Positions 1 to 8,832 of a DNA stretch of 32,000 nucleotides are shown here, piece by piece. Numbering within the stretch: position 1 is the first letter of the stretch; each line of letters starts with the position of its first letter. The stretch comes from Mycobacterium leprae TN (GTDB lineage Bacteria > Actinomycetota > Actinomycetes > Mycobacteriales > Mycobacteriaceae), in the NCBI RefSeq assembly GCF_000195855.1, contig NC_002677.1, positions 3,120,001-3,152,000 of the forward strand, written 5' to 3'. The translations under genes and the position numbers were made by a program. The notes under the pieces were generated by a model. It ran no database searches. It saw only the letters and a list, made by a program, of their open reading frames with translations, and was not told where the DNA came from.

Positions 1-768
1 GGTCACCCAGGCGGACCAGTCGAAGCCCACACCGTCGCTTTGTAGTTCGGCGAACGTGCGCAGGTTGTAGGACAAGTCGGCGTCGCGGCGCTTAACCACG
101 TCCCAGTGCGCGTCGGCAAGTTTGGTCTCCAACGCCACGATGCGAGCAGCGGTTTTGGCGTGGCATCGGGGATCTTGGTAGCGTTCGCCCCGATACACCA
201 GAGTGAACATTCGTGCGATGTGTTCAGGGTAGGCTGCCAGCACCTCGGCGTGCTGATCATCGTGGAAATAGGACTCGTCGGGCAACCCGATGCCTGATTG
301 GCTGAAGTGCAGCAGGTAACGGGTCGAATCTTTGGAATCGGTATCCACATAGACTTCGACGCCGCCGCCCATCCCGGTGCGTTGCAACGCGCCAAGGACG
401 GCGGCCAAATCGGAGGTATCGGTGGCGTTATCGATCAAGGCCAACTCCTCCAGCAGGGGTTGGGTCCCTCTGCGTTCAACGGTTTGCTCGTCGAGGAAGC
501 TGGCGTACAAGTCACCGATGCGCTGTGCGTCGGCCTCCGCGGTCTCCCCTGCGGCGGCTGTCCCGCTGGCTTCTGTGATCAAGTCGCGCACCTGCTCTTC
601 GGTTTGGTCGAACAGGTGGCGGAAGGCTCCGTCGGTCGACCGGTCGGCGGGTATCTCGTATTCGTATAGCCAGCGGCCGTTTACATGACCGAACAGGTCG
701 TCTTGGGGTCGGGTATTGGCGTCGACATAGCTGAGGTCGATGCCCGAACGGATGGCCTCTATATTCAC
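1..768 (-). CDS. zmp1: Peptidase family M13 zinc metallopeptidase, N-terminal part (Zmp1/Rv0198c-like), truncated by the window edge
   Basis: Manual reverse-strand translation from a GTG at 766-768 is open to the edge: VNIEAIRSGIDLSYVDANTRPQDDLFGHVNGRWLYEYEIPADRSTDGAFRHLFDQTEEQVRDLI...QRIGDLYASFLDE...; DLFxHVNGxWL and RIGxLYxSFLDE are typical of M13 N-termini. This frame is not in the supplied ORF track. Confidence 0.85.
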   Translation of the reverse strand, partial: MNIEAIRSGIDLSYVDANTRPQDDLFGHVNGRWLYEYEIPADRSTDGAFRHLFDQTEEQVRDLITEASGTAAAGETAEADAQRIGDLYASFLDEQTVERRGTQPLLEELALIDNATDTSDLAAVLGALQRTGMGGGVEVYVDTDSKDSTRYLLHFSQSGIGLPDESYFHDDQHAEVLAAYPEHIARMFTLVYRGERYQDPRCHAKTAARIVALETKLADAHWDVVKRRDADLSYNLRTFAELQSDGVGFDWSAWVT

Positions 769-863
769 GACGCCATCCTTGCATTTTTTCAACTACAGCT
801 CGAGACGGCCCGAGACCGTGCCTACTCGTGAACTGGCCTAAGACGCCGGGTACCCTAGCGGCC

Positions 864-1502
864 ATGCCTGACGAGGAGCAGACAGAGCTACCGGTCCACA
901 AAGAGTTTGCCGGGATTGCCGACTACTCCGATCCTGGTCTCTCAGACGGTTCCGTCTTCTCGCAGTACGGTATCGCATCAACCGTTCTTGCGGTGCTGTC
1001 GGCGGCCGCAGTTGTGTTCGGCGTCGTCATTTGGCGCGCACACCATGATAACTCGGCTGAACGTGCTTACCTGACTCATGTGATGCAGACCGCGTTCGAC
1101 TGGACGGGTGTGCTGATAAATATGAACACCAGCAATGTCGATGCCAGTTTGCAGCGGCTGCATGCCGGAACGGTCGGAGAACTTAACACTGATTTCGACG
1201 CCGCCGTTCAGCCTTACCGGAAGGTGGTTGAGAAGCTGCAGACACAAAGCAGGGGCCAGATCGAAGCGGTAGCGATCGAGTCAGTGCACCACGACCTGGA
1301 TACGCAGCCCGGTGTAGCGCATCCCGTGGTGACCACCAAACTGCTACCTCCGGCGGCCCGTACCGACTCGGTGATGCTGGTAGCGACATCGGTCAGCGAG
1401 AACGTAGGAGGCAAGCCAACGACGGTGCACTGGAGCTTGCGGCTCGATGTCTCCGATGTCGATGGCAAGCTGATGATCTCTCACCTTGAGTCAATCCGAT
1501 GA
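864..1502 (+). CDS. Mce-associated-type membrane protein (Rv0199-like)
   Basis: Open frame 828-1502 with a likely ATG at 864 (MPDEEQTEL...); one N-terminal TM helix (VLAVLSAAAVVFGVVIW) then a soluble domain; located beside zmp1 and upstream of an Rv0200-like ORF. Confidence 0.75.
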   Translation: MPDEEQTELPVHKEFAGIADYSDPGLSDGSVFSQYGIASTVLAVLSAAAVVFGVVIWRAHHDNSAERAYLTHVMQTAFDWTGVLINMNTSNVDASLQRLHAGTVGELNTDFDAAVQPYRKVVEKLQTQSRGQIEAVAIESVHHDLDTQPGVAHPVVTTKLLPPAARTDSVMLVATSVSENVGGKPTTVHWSLRLDVSDVDGKLMISHLESIR

Positions 1503-2188
1503 GAAACCGGTGGCGGCTACTGGCATTCGACGTCGTGGCACCGCTAGTCGCGATCGCTGCGCTGGTGATGATAGGGGTGGTACTGGACTGGCCAAGGTGG
1601 TGGGTGTCGGCGTGCTCGGTGCTGGTGTTGCTGATTGTAGAAGGTGTCGGGGTCAATTTCTGGCTGCTGCGCCGTGATTCGGTTACCATTGGCACTGATG
1701 ATGACGCGCCCGGATTGCGTCTAGCAGTCGTCTCAGTGTGTACTGCTGCCCTGTGCGCGGCGGTGCTCATCGGATATATGCACTGGACTTCCCCGGACCG
1801 CGACTTTAGTCTGGATTCCAGAGAAGTAGTGCAGATCGCCACGGGGATGGCGGAGGCCATGGCGTCGTTTACCCCGAGTGCTCCGACCAGTTCCATTGAT
1901 AGAGCAGCAGCAATGATTATGCCTGACCAGGCGGGCGTGTTCAAGGAGCAATACCGAAAGTCCAGCGCCGATCTGGCCCGGCGCAACGTTACTGCTCAAG
2001 CCTCCGTACTGGCGGCCGGAGTTGAGGCCATTGGGTCGTCGGCGGCCAGTGTCGCGGTGATTCTGCGGGTAACCCAAAACACGCCGGGTCAGCCACCCAG
2101 TCAGGCGGCACCCGCAGTGCGGGTGACATTGATCAAGCGCGGCAGTGACTGGCTGGTAACCGACGTACTATCGATCAACGCCCGCTAG
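1499..2188 (+). CDS. Conserved membrane protein (Rv0200-like, Mce-associated type)
   Basis: 229-aa ORF overlapping the previous stop by 4 nt (ATGA); several hydrophobic segments at the N-terminus, then a globular tail. Confidence 0.75.
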   Translation: MRNRWRLLAFDVVAPLVAIAALVMIGVVLDWPRWWVSACSVLVLLIVEGVGVNFWLLRRDSVTIGTDDDAPGLRLAVVSVCTAALCAAVLIGYMHWTSPDRDFSLDSREVVQIATGMAEAMASFTPSAPTSSIDRAAAMIMPDQAGVFKEQYRKSSADLARRNVTAQASVLAAGVEAIGSSAASVAVILRVTQNTPGQPPSQAAPAVRVTLIKRGSDWLVTDVLSINAR

Positions 2189-2266
2189 GTCGGCGACAAT
2201 GTGCAGTAGAGTGCGGTGCTAGGCGGGATACTTCCTGCTTGCGGGGGAGAGCCGGGCACTTCGGCT

Positions 2267-2839
2267 TTAGTCGCTGTTGGCCGAACGTGCGGCCTTGACC
2301 TTGACGAATCGGTCCGACACCCGGCGCATCCGGACCATCAATGCGGCCGACGGACTGGTGCTGCCGTCCAGGTAGCTGGCCAGACCCTCGGGCGCCACAC
2401 CGATGCGGGAGGCGAATTCTTGGTGCCCCAGGCCAGAGCGATCAATCAGCAGTCGCACGTGGCGGGCAACTTCAGCGCGTTCGTTGATCTCGAGGTGGGT
2501 GCGAGCGCGTTGCAGCACCTCACCGAGCGCTTTGCAAATGCCATACGGCCGTGTGCCCTCGAGGACTTCTTCCACCTGGTGGGCCGTCCGTCCGTATGGA
2601 TCGTGTTTGACTGCGGCGGTAATCAGCTTCCAGATCTCGATGCTACCGGCGTGCAGTGCCGAGCGGATGGCGGCAGTAGACCAGAACTCCACCGGCTGAT
2701 CGGGGTCGTAGCGACCCTGGTCTGCCGCAGGCTGCTCCGGCGGCGCTGCGGGGCGTCGGTGGTCGTCGGCCAACGTCACCTCGCCTCCTCGAGCATCGCT
2801 ACAGCCACTGACAGACAACGCTGCCTGACGTCCTGCCAT
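2267..2839 (-). CDS. Conserved hypothetical protein (Rv0201c-like) with a C-terminal HTH-like segment
   Basis: 190-aa ORF containing ARHVRLLIDRSGLGHQEFASRIGVAPEGLASYLDGSTSPSAALMVRMRRVS, which resembles an XRE-type HTH; overlaps the 3' end of the mmpL11 ORF. Start uncertain. Confidence 0.65.
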   Translation of the reverse strand: MAGRQAALSVSGCSDARGGEVTLADDHRRPAAPPEQPAADQGRYDPDQPVEFWSTAAIRSALHAGSIEIWKLITAAVKHDPYGRTAHQVEEVLEGTRPYGICKALGEVLQRARTHLEINERAEVARHVRLLIDRSGLGHQEFASRIGVAPEGLASYLDGSTSPSAALMVRMRRVSDRFVKVKAARSANSD

Positions 2840-5823
2840 TCTGCCTTGTTATCCGGATCAGACCACTGATCTTCAGTGAGGTCAACGGGATGGGGGTCCG
2901 AGAGCCGACGGACCAACTGGGTTGCCATCCATTGCCGCATGGGTAGTTGACAAGAGTAATATCTATCTAGCTCGGTTAGCACTACGGCCGCAGTCTCGGG
3001 CTCTATCGCATCGACCATGTCAGCCAATTCGGCGTAGTCGCGGATGCTGTTACGACACATGATCAGATAGCTCACCAGGCGTAGCGTTTCTGCGCCTGTG
3101 GGGATCAGCAACCGATCGCCGGTGGGTAGTTGGACGTGAGCGGTCTCCACCGGGCTGCACCGCTGGTAATTTGGTTGATCGGGGGCGTCGGCTTGCACGG
3201 CTATATGCGCCTCCAGCGCGTCGATGGCGACTGAGAACCGGCTACGCCACAAAGTGAACGGATGAACCGGCCGGTCAGACCAGGGCATTACTCGCGTAAT
3301 GCTGTTGCGGTGCGTCAAGCCGATGACAAGATTCCTGGCCGTCCAGTGACCGTTGGTTCTGGTCACCGGGCCTACCTGAGCTGCAGTAAGTGCCGCGGTG
3401 CTATCGCTGGCTTTACCCATTGCGGGGTCCTCTTCTGATTCTTGCGTAGCAGCGCCTGGCAGAACCCGGTCGGATCGTTTGTTGTTGCGCCCACACCCGG
3501 TGAAGGCGAGTGGGTCGGCCACGCAGATTGCGTCCGGCGCCAGGTTCTTGAGCTTCGCCGCCAACTTGAGCACCATCCGCAGGTCGCCACAGGGCACTTT
3601 GGTTGCTGAGATGTCAGCGGGGAGAACTACGATCTCATTGAGATCGACCGGCGGGAATGGCTTGTCGAAGTCGACGGCGGGTAAGGCCCGGGACAACCAG
3701 CGGGGTAGCCACCAGTTCCATTGCGCGAACATCGCCATCAGCGTCGGTACCAGAACCAGTCTCACCGCAGTCACGTCAACCGCGATCGCGACGGCGCACG
3801 CCACGCCGATCTCTGCCACTAGCGGCATGCCGGCGAACGCGAAGCCGACGAACACCGCGATCATGATCAGGGCAGCGCTGGTAATAGTGCGTGCGCTGGT
3901 GCTCACCCCGTAGGCGACCGCGTCGCGAGTATGCCCGGTTTGCAGGAAACGTTCCCGGATGCGTGTGAGCAGGAAGATTTCGTAGTCCATCGACAACCCG
4001 AAGGTCATCGCCAGCACCAGTGGGGGAACCGTGCTGTCGATCGAATTGATGTGTGTGAAACCGAGGTTCTCCAGCCAGCCCCACTGGAACACCATCACCA
4101 AGCTGCCATAGGCGGCGGCCACCGACAACAATGTCATCAGCACGCCTTTGAATGCTAGGAACACCGAGCGGATCGAGATCAACAGCATCACGAACGCGAT
4201 CAGTGCGACGAAGACCAGCATCAGCGGCTCCGTCTTGGCCACCCGGTCATCAAAGTCGTTGATCAGCGCGGTCGGTCCGCCGACATTTACGTGGGCCGCG
4301 CCGGGAACCTTAGGAAGCTCCGTACGCATCCAATCGACGGTTTCTCGGGCGCCCAGGTCCTCGGGATCGACCGACAACACCGCACCTAGCAACGCGCTGC
4401 AATTATTGTCGGCGAATTGCGGTGGTGCTACCGACATGACGTTCTTAGCCTGTAGCATCCTGTTGCGGATAGCCCCGATTGTCTGGCGGTGTTTGGGTGA
4501 TGATGCTTGAGTGTTCGGGTCGTCAGGAAAGGTGATCAGTACCTGAACGGGCCCCAGTGCGCCTGGACCGAGCGCTTGGGCCGCGGCCGCCACTCCCGCA
4601 CGGATCTCGTGCGAAGAGTTGAACTGCCGCAGCAGGCTGTTGCCCAACATCATCGATGTCACCGGCGTCGCCATGATAATCAGGATGGTCGACGCCGCCG
4701 ACGCCGAAATCCACGGCCGGTGCATCACCCACCCCACCCAGCGGGTCCAGAACAGGGACTGGGTGCACTCCGACCGCTGCGACCAGTGCATCAGCACTGA
4801 CCTTTTGACAGCAGCCCGGCCGAACGTGGCTAAAGCCGCGGGTGTCAAGGTAATCGATGCCAGCATAGCGATAGCAACGGCCAGAATCGCTCCGGTCGCC
4901 ATCGACTTCAGCGCCGCAGTGTTGATCAAATAGATTCCGGTGAGCGAGGCGATGACGGTCATACCGGACAGCACCACCGCGAGCCCGGAAGTAGCCATCG
5001 CGGCGTCGACAGCTTCCTGTGGTTGCCGACCGGACCGCAGCTCCTCGCGAAAACGCATCAGGATGAATAAGGAGTAGTCAACGGCCAGAGCGATGCCAAA
5101 CATCGACACCGTCGAAGTCACGAACACCGACATGATGGTGTGCATCGACACTAGGTCGACCAAGCCCATGGTGACCACGACGGTGCAAACGCCCAAGGCT
5201 AGCGGAACTGCCGCGGCGGCCAGCGAACCAAATACCGCGAGCAGGACGATCAGAATGATCGGCAGGTTCCATCGTTCCGCTTCGGCGATGTCGTGCTTGC
5301 TGTTGGCCGCCACAGCGGCACTGAGTGCTCCCTGCCCGATAACATAGAGTCGCACTTTGCCGTTGGCGGTCCGCCCCGCTTGGTCGCCCTTGATACCTAC
5401 CTTGGTGCGTAGTTGCTTGGCGACATCGCTAGTGACCGAGTTGCGATCATCCAAACGCAGTGACACACCATACGGCCGATCGGGTCGCGGCGGCAGCTGG
5501 GTGGGGTTGGGCACTTCCGACACGCCAGGGAACTCGCTGACAATCCGTCTTAGCAGTGCGACAGCGTCGTTCATGTCCTGGTAGCTGGCATCCGAGCGGG
5601 GAGCAGCCACCAAGGCCAACGAAACAGCTCCCTGGTCGGGATATTGCTCTTGCAGCTGATCGTGGACCAGCAGCGACTGTGACCCGGCAACTTCGAACCC
5701 ACCACCGGTGAGCTTCCCCGACTGCGTCATCGCCAAGTAGATTGCCGGGACCAGAGCGAGTAACCAGCCTGTGAAGACCAACCAGCGGAACCGACGCAGG
5801 TAGCTGCTCAGGCGCATCATCAA
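2776..5823 (-). CDS. mmpL11: MmpL-family RND transporter (MmpL11-like)
   Basis: 1015-aa ORF with MmpL hallmarks: GLSMDYEIFLLTRIRERF, AVDYSLFILMRFREEL, multiple TM blocks; located between Rv0201c-like and Rv0203-like sequence. Confidence 0.9.
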   Translation of the reverse strand: MMMRLSSYLRRFRWLVFTGWLLALVPAIYLAMTQSGKLTGGGFEVAGSQSLLVHDQLQEQYPDQGAVSLALVAAPRSDASYQDMNDAVALLRRIVSEFPGVSEVPNPTQLPPRPDRPYGVSLRLDDRNSVTSDVAKQLRTKVGIKGDQAGRTANGKVRLYVIGQGALSAAVAANSKHDIAEAERWNLPIILIVLLAVFGSLAAAAVPLALGVCTVVVTMGLVDLVSMHTIMSVFVTSTVSMFGIALAVDYSLFILMRFREELRSGRQPQEAVDAAMATSGLAVVLSGMTVIASLTGIYLINTAALKSMATGAILAVAIAMLASITLTPAALATFGRAAVKRSVLMHWSQRSECTQSLFWTRWVGWVMHRPWISASAASTILIIMATPVTSMMLGNSLLRQFNSSHEIRAGVAAAAQALGPGALGPVQVLITFPDDPNTQASSPKHRQTIGAIRNRMLQAKNVMSVAPPQFADNNCSALLGAVLSVDPEDLGARETVDWMRTELPKVPGAAHVNVGGPTALINDFDDRVAKTEPLMLVFVALIAFVMLLISIRSVFLAFKGVLMTLLSVAAAYGSLVMVFQWGWLENLGFTHINSIDSTVPPLVLAMTFGLSMDYEIFLLTRIRERFLQTGHTRDAVAYGVSTSARTITSAALIMIAVFVGFAFAGMPLVAEIGVACAVAIAVDVTAVRLVLVPTLMAMFAQWNWWLPRWLSRALPAVDFDKPFPPVDLNEIVVLPADISATKVPCGDLRMVLKLAAKLKNLAPDAICVADPLAFTGCGRNNKRSDRVLPGAATQESEEDPAMGKASDSTAALTAAQVGPVTRTNGHWTARNLVIGLTHRNSITRVMPWSDRPVHPFTLWRSRFSVAIDALEAHIAVQADAPDQPNYQRCSPVETAHVQLPTGDRLLIPTGAETLRLVSYLIMCRNSIRDYAELADMVDAIEPETAAVVLTELDRYYSCQLPMRQWMATQLVRRLSDPHPVDLTEDQWSDPDNKAEWQDVRQRCLSVAVAMLEEAR

Positions 5824-6126
5824 CTGCTGGATTTTTTCTCTCCCCGCCTTCTCGCTCTGTGCATGTGCAGGTGAGCGTACCGCAGCATGCTGTGGACCGG
5901 ATCGACTGATCGGCAGCTAAGTTACGGAGGCAACGATGCCGATAATACTGATGTGAGTCTACGGGTGAGTGGGATTTTAGCCATCTGTGCTGGCGGCGGC
6001 TTGCCGGTGCGCGGGGTGTGGGCCGGGCAGGTGGCTGCGCGTGCGTCAGGGGACACACGCCGTAGATAGCAGCTGTTTGCAAGTAGTGCTGATTCGGCGT
6101 ACAGCCGCAAACCGTAGGAATTATCC

Positions 6127-6210
6127 ATGAACACAGGTATTGCGGACCAGGTATCGCAGGCGATAGGTCTTATGCAGTCGGTGCAGGGGTGCCGCGCCCG
6201 CCGGGCCTGC
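6127..6210 (+). pseudogene. Possible C-terminal relic of an Rv0203-like secreted heme-binding protein
   Basis: Translation ...QVSQAIGLMQSVQGCRARR resembles the recalled C-terminus of Rv0203 (QAIGLMQAVQG); position after mmpL11 fits. Short match made from memory. Confidence 0.35.
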
Positions 6211-6433
6211 CTGATGGTTCCATCGCTGCGGCACTATCGTTTGAGTGACACTCAGGCCATATAGCCCATCGTGAACGTGCTGCTCCCCGGCCCCTTGTGA
6301 TCACAGCAAGTCGGCTAATTACCGCCATCTGCCTCCTGACCCGGAGGTGGTAGAGGTGGCAATGAACTTCAAGATAATCGCAGGCGGGTCTGCTAAAGAT
6401 GCGTTCCGAGGTGGTGATCTATCTGTGTGACCG

Positions 6434-7537
6434 CTAGTCGAGCGGTTGGTCAGGGTTACATCCTAAGTCGTCAGGGTCGGTGACGTTCTCGGTCCGGAAC
6501 ATGAAGAAGAACACTACCCAGCCGATAGCGGCGATGAGTAACCAGCTGATCAGCCTGTAGATCAGCATTGCCGAAATGGCACTCGGCAACGACATGCCGC
6601 TCGATACCAGACCCGGCACCAGCACCGCCTCGACGACCAACAAGCCACCCGGCATAAGTGGTATCGTTCCAACCGCGCGAGCGGCCGCGTAGGCGACTGT
6701 TAACCCGGCAACTGAGGCATGGTCGCCCGCAGCGTAAGCGGCGAAGCCCAGGCAGGCCACGTCGGCGATCCAGTTGAACAGTGACCAACTGAATGCCATC
6801 GCCAAGTCGCGACGGCCCAGGCTCACCGATTCGAGCTGAGTGAGCGTCTGGCGCCACTTATCCAGGCCGGTATCGGCCGATTTGCCGCGTACCGAGTTAA
6901 CCCACGACAAAACCCGCCGGCCGATCCCTTCTATCAGCTCCGGTCGCGACGCTACTGCCTGGGCCAGCAGCAACAACGTGACGAAACCGGCCAGTGCAAA
7001 CAATAACGAGAACGGGTTGTTCTTCGCGCCCAGAAAGAAAGCGCCTCCCAACGCGAGCAGCGCTAATCCCACCGCCTGCAACACACCCGACATCACCAGC
7101 TGCCACGACGCCACCACCGTGGACGCACCCCAGATGCGCTGTTGACGGAGCAGAAACGTCGCCGACAACACCGGACCGCCCGGCAGCGTGGTGCTCAGCG
7201 AGTTGGCAGCGTAGAACGCGGCTTCGGACCGCAATTGCTTTACGTTCACCCCGGCGGACTTCAGCAAGGTACGCTGAATTTGGGCAAAGCTGTGCACTGC
7301 TGCGGCCGCGGCCAGCACCGCCGCAAGCAGCCACCACCAGTTCGCTTCATACACACTCGTCCAGGCCTTGGCCAACTGGTCCCATCCCAGTGCCAGCTCG
7401 ACAACAAGAACGATGGCCACGAGACTGAGGACCACCCACCGCACCCACCAGTATTTGCCGGGCGGAGCCTCGCCACCACCAGCAGGCGACACCCCCACAC
7501 GCTGGAGGAGTCTACGAACAGGGGCGGCATGTGACAC
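6434..7537 (-). CDS. Integral membrane protein, YbhN/lysylphosphatidylglycerol synthase TM-like family (Rv0204c-like)
   Basis: 367-aa ORF with many TM segments and motifs such as SLSTTLPGGPVLSATFLLRQQRIWGAS and AAARAVGTIPLMPGGLLVVEAVLV, typical of the UPF0104/LPG-synthase TM family. Confidence 0.8.
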   Translation of the reverse strand: MSHAAPVRRLLQRVGVSPAGGGEAPPGKYWWVRWVVLSLVAIVLVVELALGWDQLAKAWTSVYEANWWWLLAAVLAAAAAVHSFAQIQRTLLKSAGVNVKQLRSEAAFYAANSLSTTLPGGPVLSATFLLRQQRIWGASTVVASWQLVMSGVLQAVGLALLALGGAFFLGAKNNPFSLLFALAGFVTLLLLAQAVASRPELIEGIGRRVLSWVNSVRGKSADTGLDKWRQTLTQLESVSLGRRDLAMAFSWSLFNWIADVACLGFAAYAAGDHASVAGLTVAYAAARAVGTIPLMPGGLLVVEAVLVPGLVSSGMSLPSAISAMLIYRLISWLLIAAIGWVVFFFMFRTENVTDPDDLGCNPDQPLD

Positions 7538-7729
7538 ATATTTAGACTAACCGTGCATATGCGATCTTAATCGTAGCGTATCTTCGACTGTGTCAGGGTT
7601 GGTCTAGAGTCGTGACTAGATCGTGCTAGCTCACTGTGCCTCTTGTGGGGCTGGTTTTCGGAGGCCTGGTAAAAGCGGTTGGGGCCAGCCAGAGGGCCGG
7701 CTAGGGTTGGTGGATGTTGGCGAAGCGTC

Positions 7730-8790
7730 GGTTGTGCCTCGGGTCCGCAAGATCACGGCCGGGTGTGGTGTTTGCTAGTCATGTTGATGTCGGTGATCGC
7801 TTTACTAGTTATTACTAGTTGGGTGCTGAAAAGCTTGAAGTCATCGTTGTGCCGGTGCTGTTGGCGTTAATGATCAGCGCGTTGTTGGTGCCGGTGTTGA
7901 AATGGCTGGACGTCCAAGGTCTGCACCGCGGTATCGTTGTTGGTCTTGCTGGGCGGATTCGTGATTCCTGAGCGGCATTTGAACATCTGTAATCAGCCAA
8001 GTCGTCGTGGGGGTTGCCCAATCTCACCGAGCAGGTGACCCACAGTATCGAAAACACCCGCAGATGGTTGATCGAAGATTCGGCGCATTCGCAGGGTGAA
8101 CAGATTGTCGACAACGCGGGCAACGCTGCGATCCAGGCGCTGCACAACAGCCAAGCGAAGTTGGCTTGCGGGTGCACGGGCCATTGTGGACGTCATCACC
8201 GAGTTGGTTACGGCGGCTGTGCTGGTGCTGTTCGCGCTGATTTTCTTCCTGAACGGCGTCCCCTATCTGGCAGCACGTTGCCAAGATTTTCCCGGTTATT
8301 ATCTGCGACAAGATGCTGGCGGCAAGTCGTGACTATACCTTGCCCATGCTGACCCGGTATCCGGGTCACTGAATCGGATGCGTGCTGGAGACATTTCTGG
8401 TGGCCAGGACCGGCGCAGCCGGGGTGGGTGCAGTGTTGGGCAGCCATGGATGTGCCACTTGCGCTGCCATCGGCTTCACGGTGTTTTCGGCGGCTTAATC
8501 CCGCTGTTAGGTCTGTTATCGCCGATTTTTGGCCGTGGTGGTCGCCTACTAGCTCGACAAGGGAATCGTCTACGATTTAATCACGCTAGTTTTTGCTTGT
8601 CCCGGTAAACCAAGTCGAAACTCGTGTGCTGCGACCGTTCGTTATGGGTCCGGTCGGGATCGTTAACCGCCGGGTGGGGCTGGCTTTTCCACCGGCCCAG
8701 CTGCGGGGATCGTCGGTACTGCTGGCTCCGGATCCATCCGCCGTGGCAGGTCAGCAGACCGACGCTGATGGGGCGGCCTCAGCCAGGTGA
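7730..8790 (+). pseudogene. Degraded AI-2E/PerM-family transporter (Rv0205-like)
   Basis: Fragments spread over several frames: [72 protein letters not shown]. Stops and frameshifts lie between them; hydrophobic pattern and position between Rv0204c-like and mmpL3 fit. Confidence 0.7.
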
Positions 8791-8832
8791 AACCGGATAA
8801 CCCCAAAGAATGCTAAATGCTAGGAGTGAGGC

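Noticed and set aside
3372-3913. ORFs 3398..3913 + and others antisense inside mmpL11
   Set aside because: They lie entirely within a strongly supported MmpL CDS and look like shadow frames.
7142-7534. 130-aa + ORF antisense to the Rv0204c-like gene
   Set aside because: Fully contained in the membrane-protein CDS on the other strand; low-complexity shadow translation.
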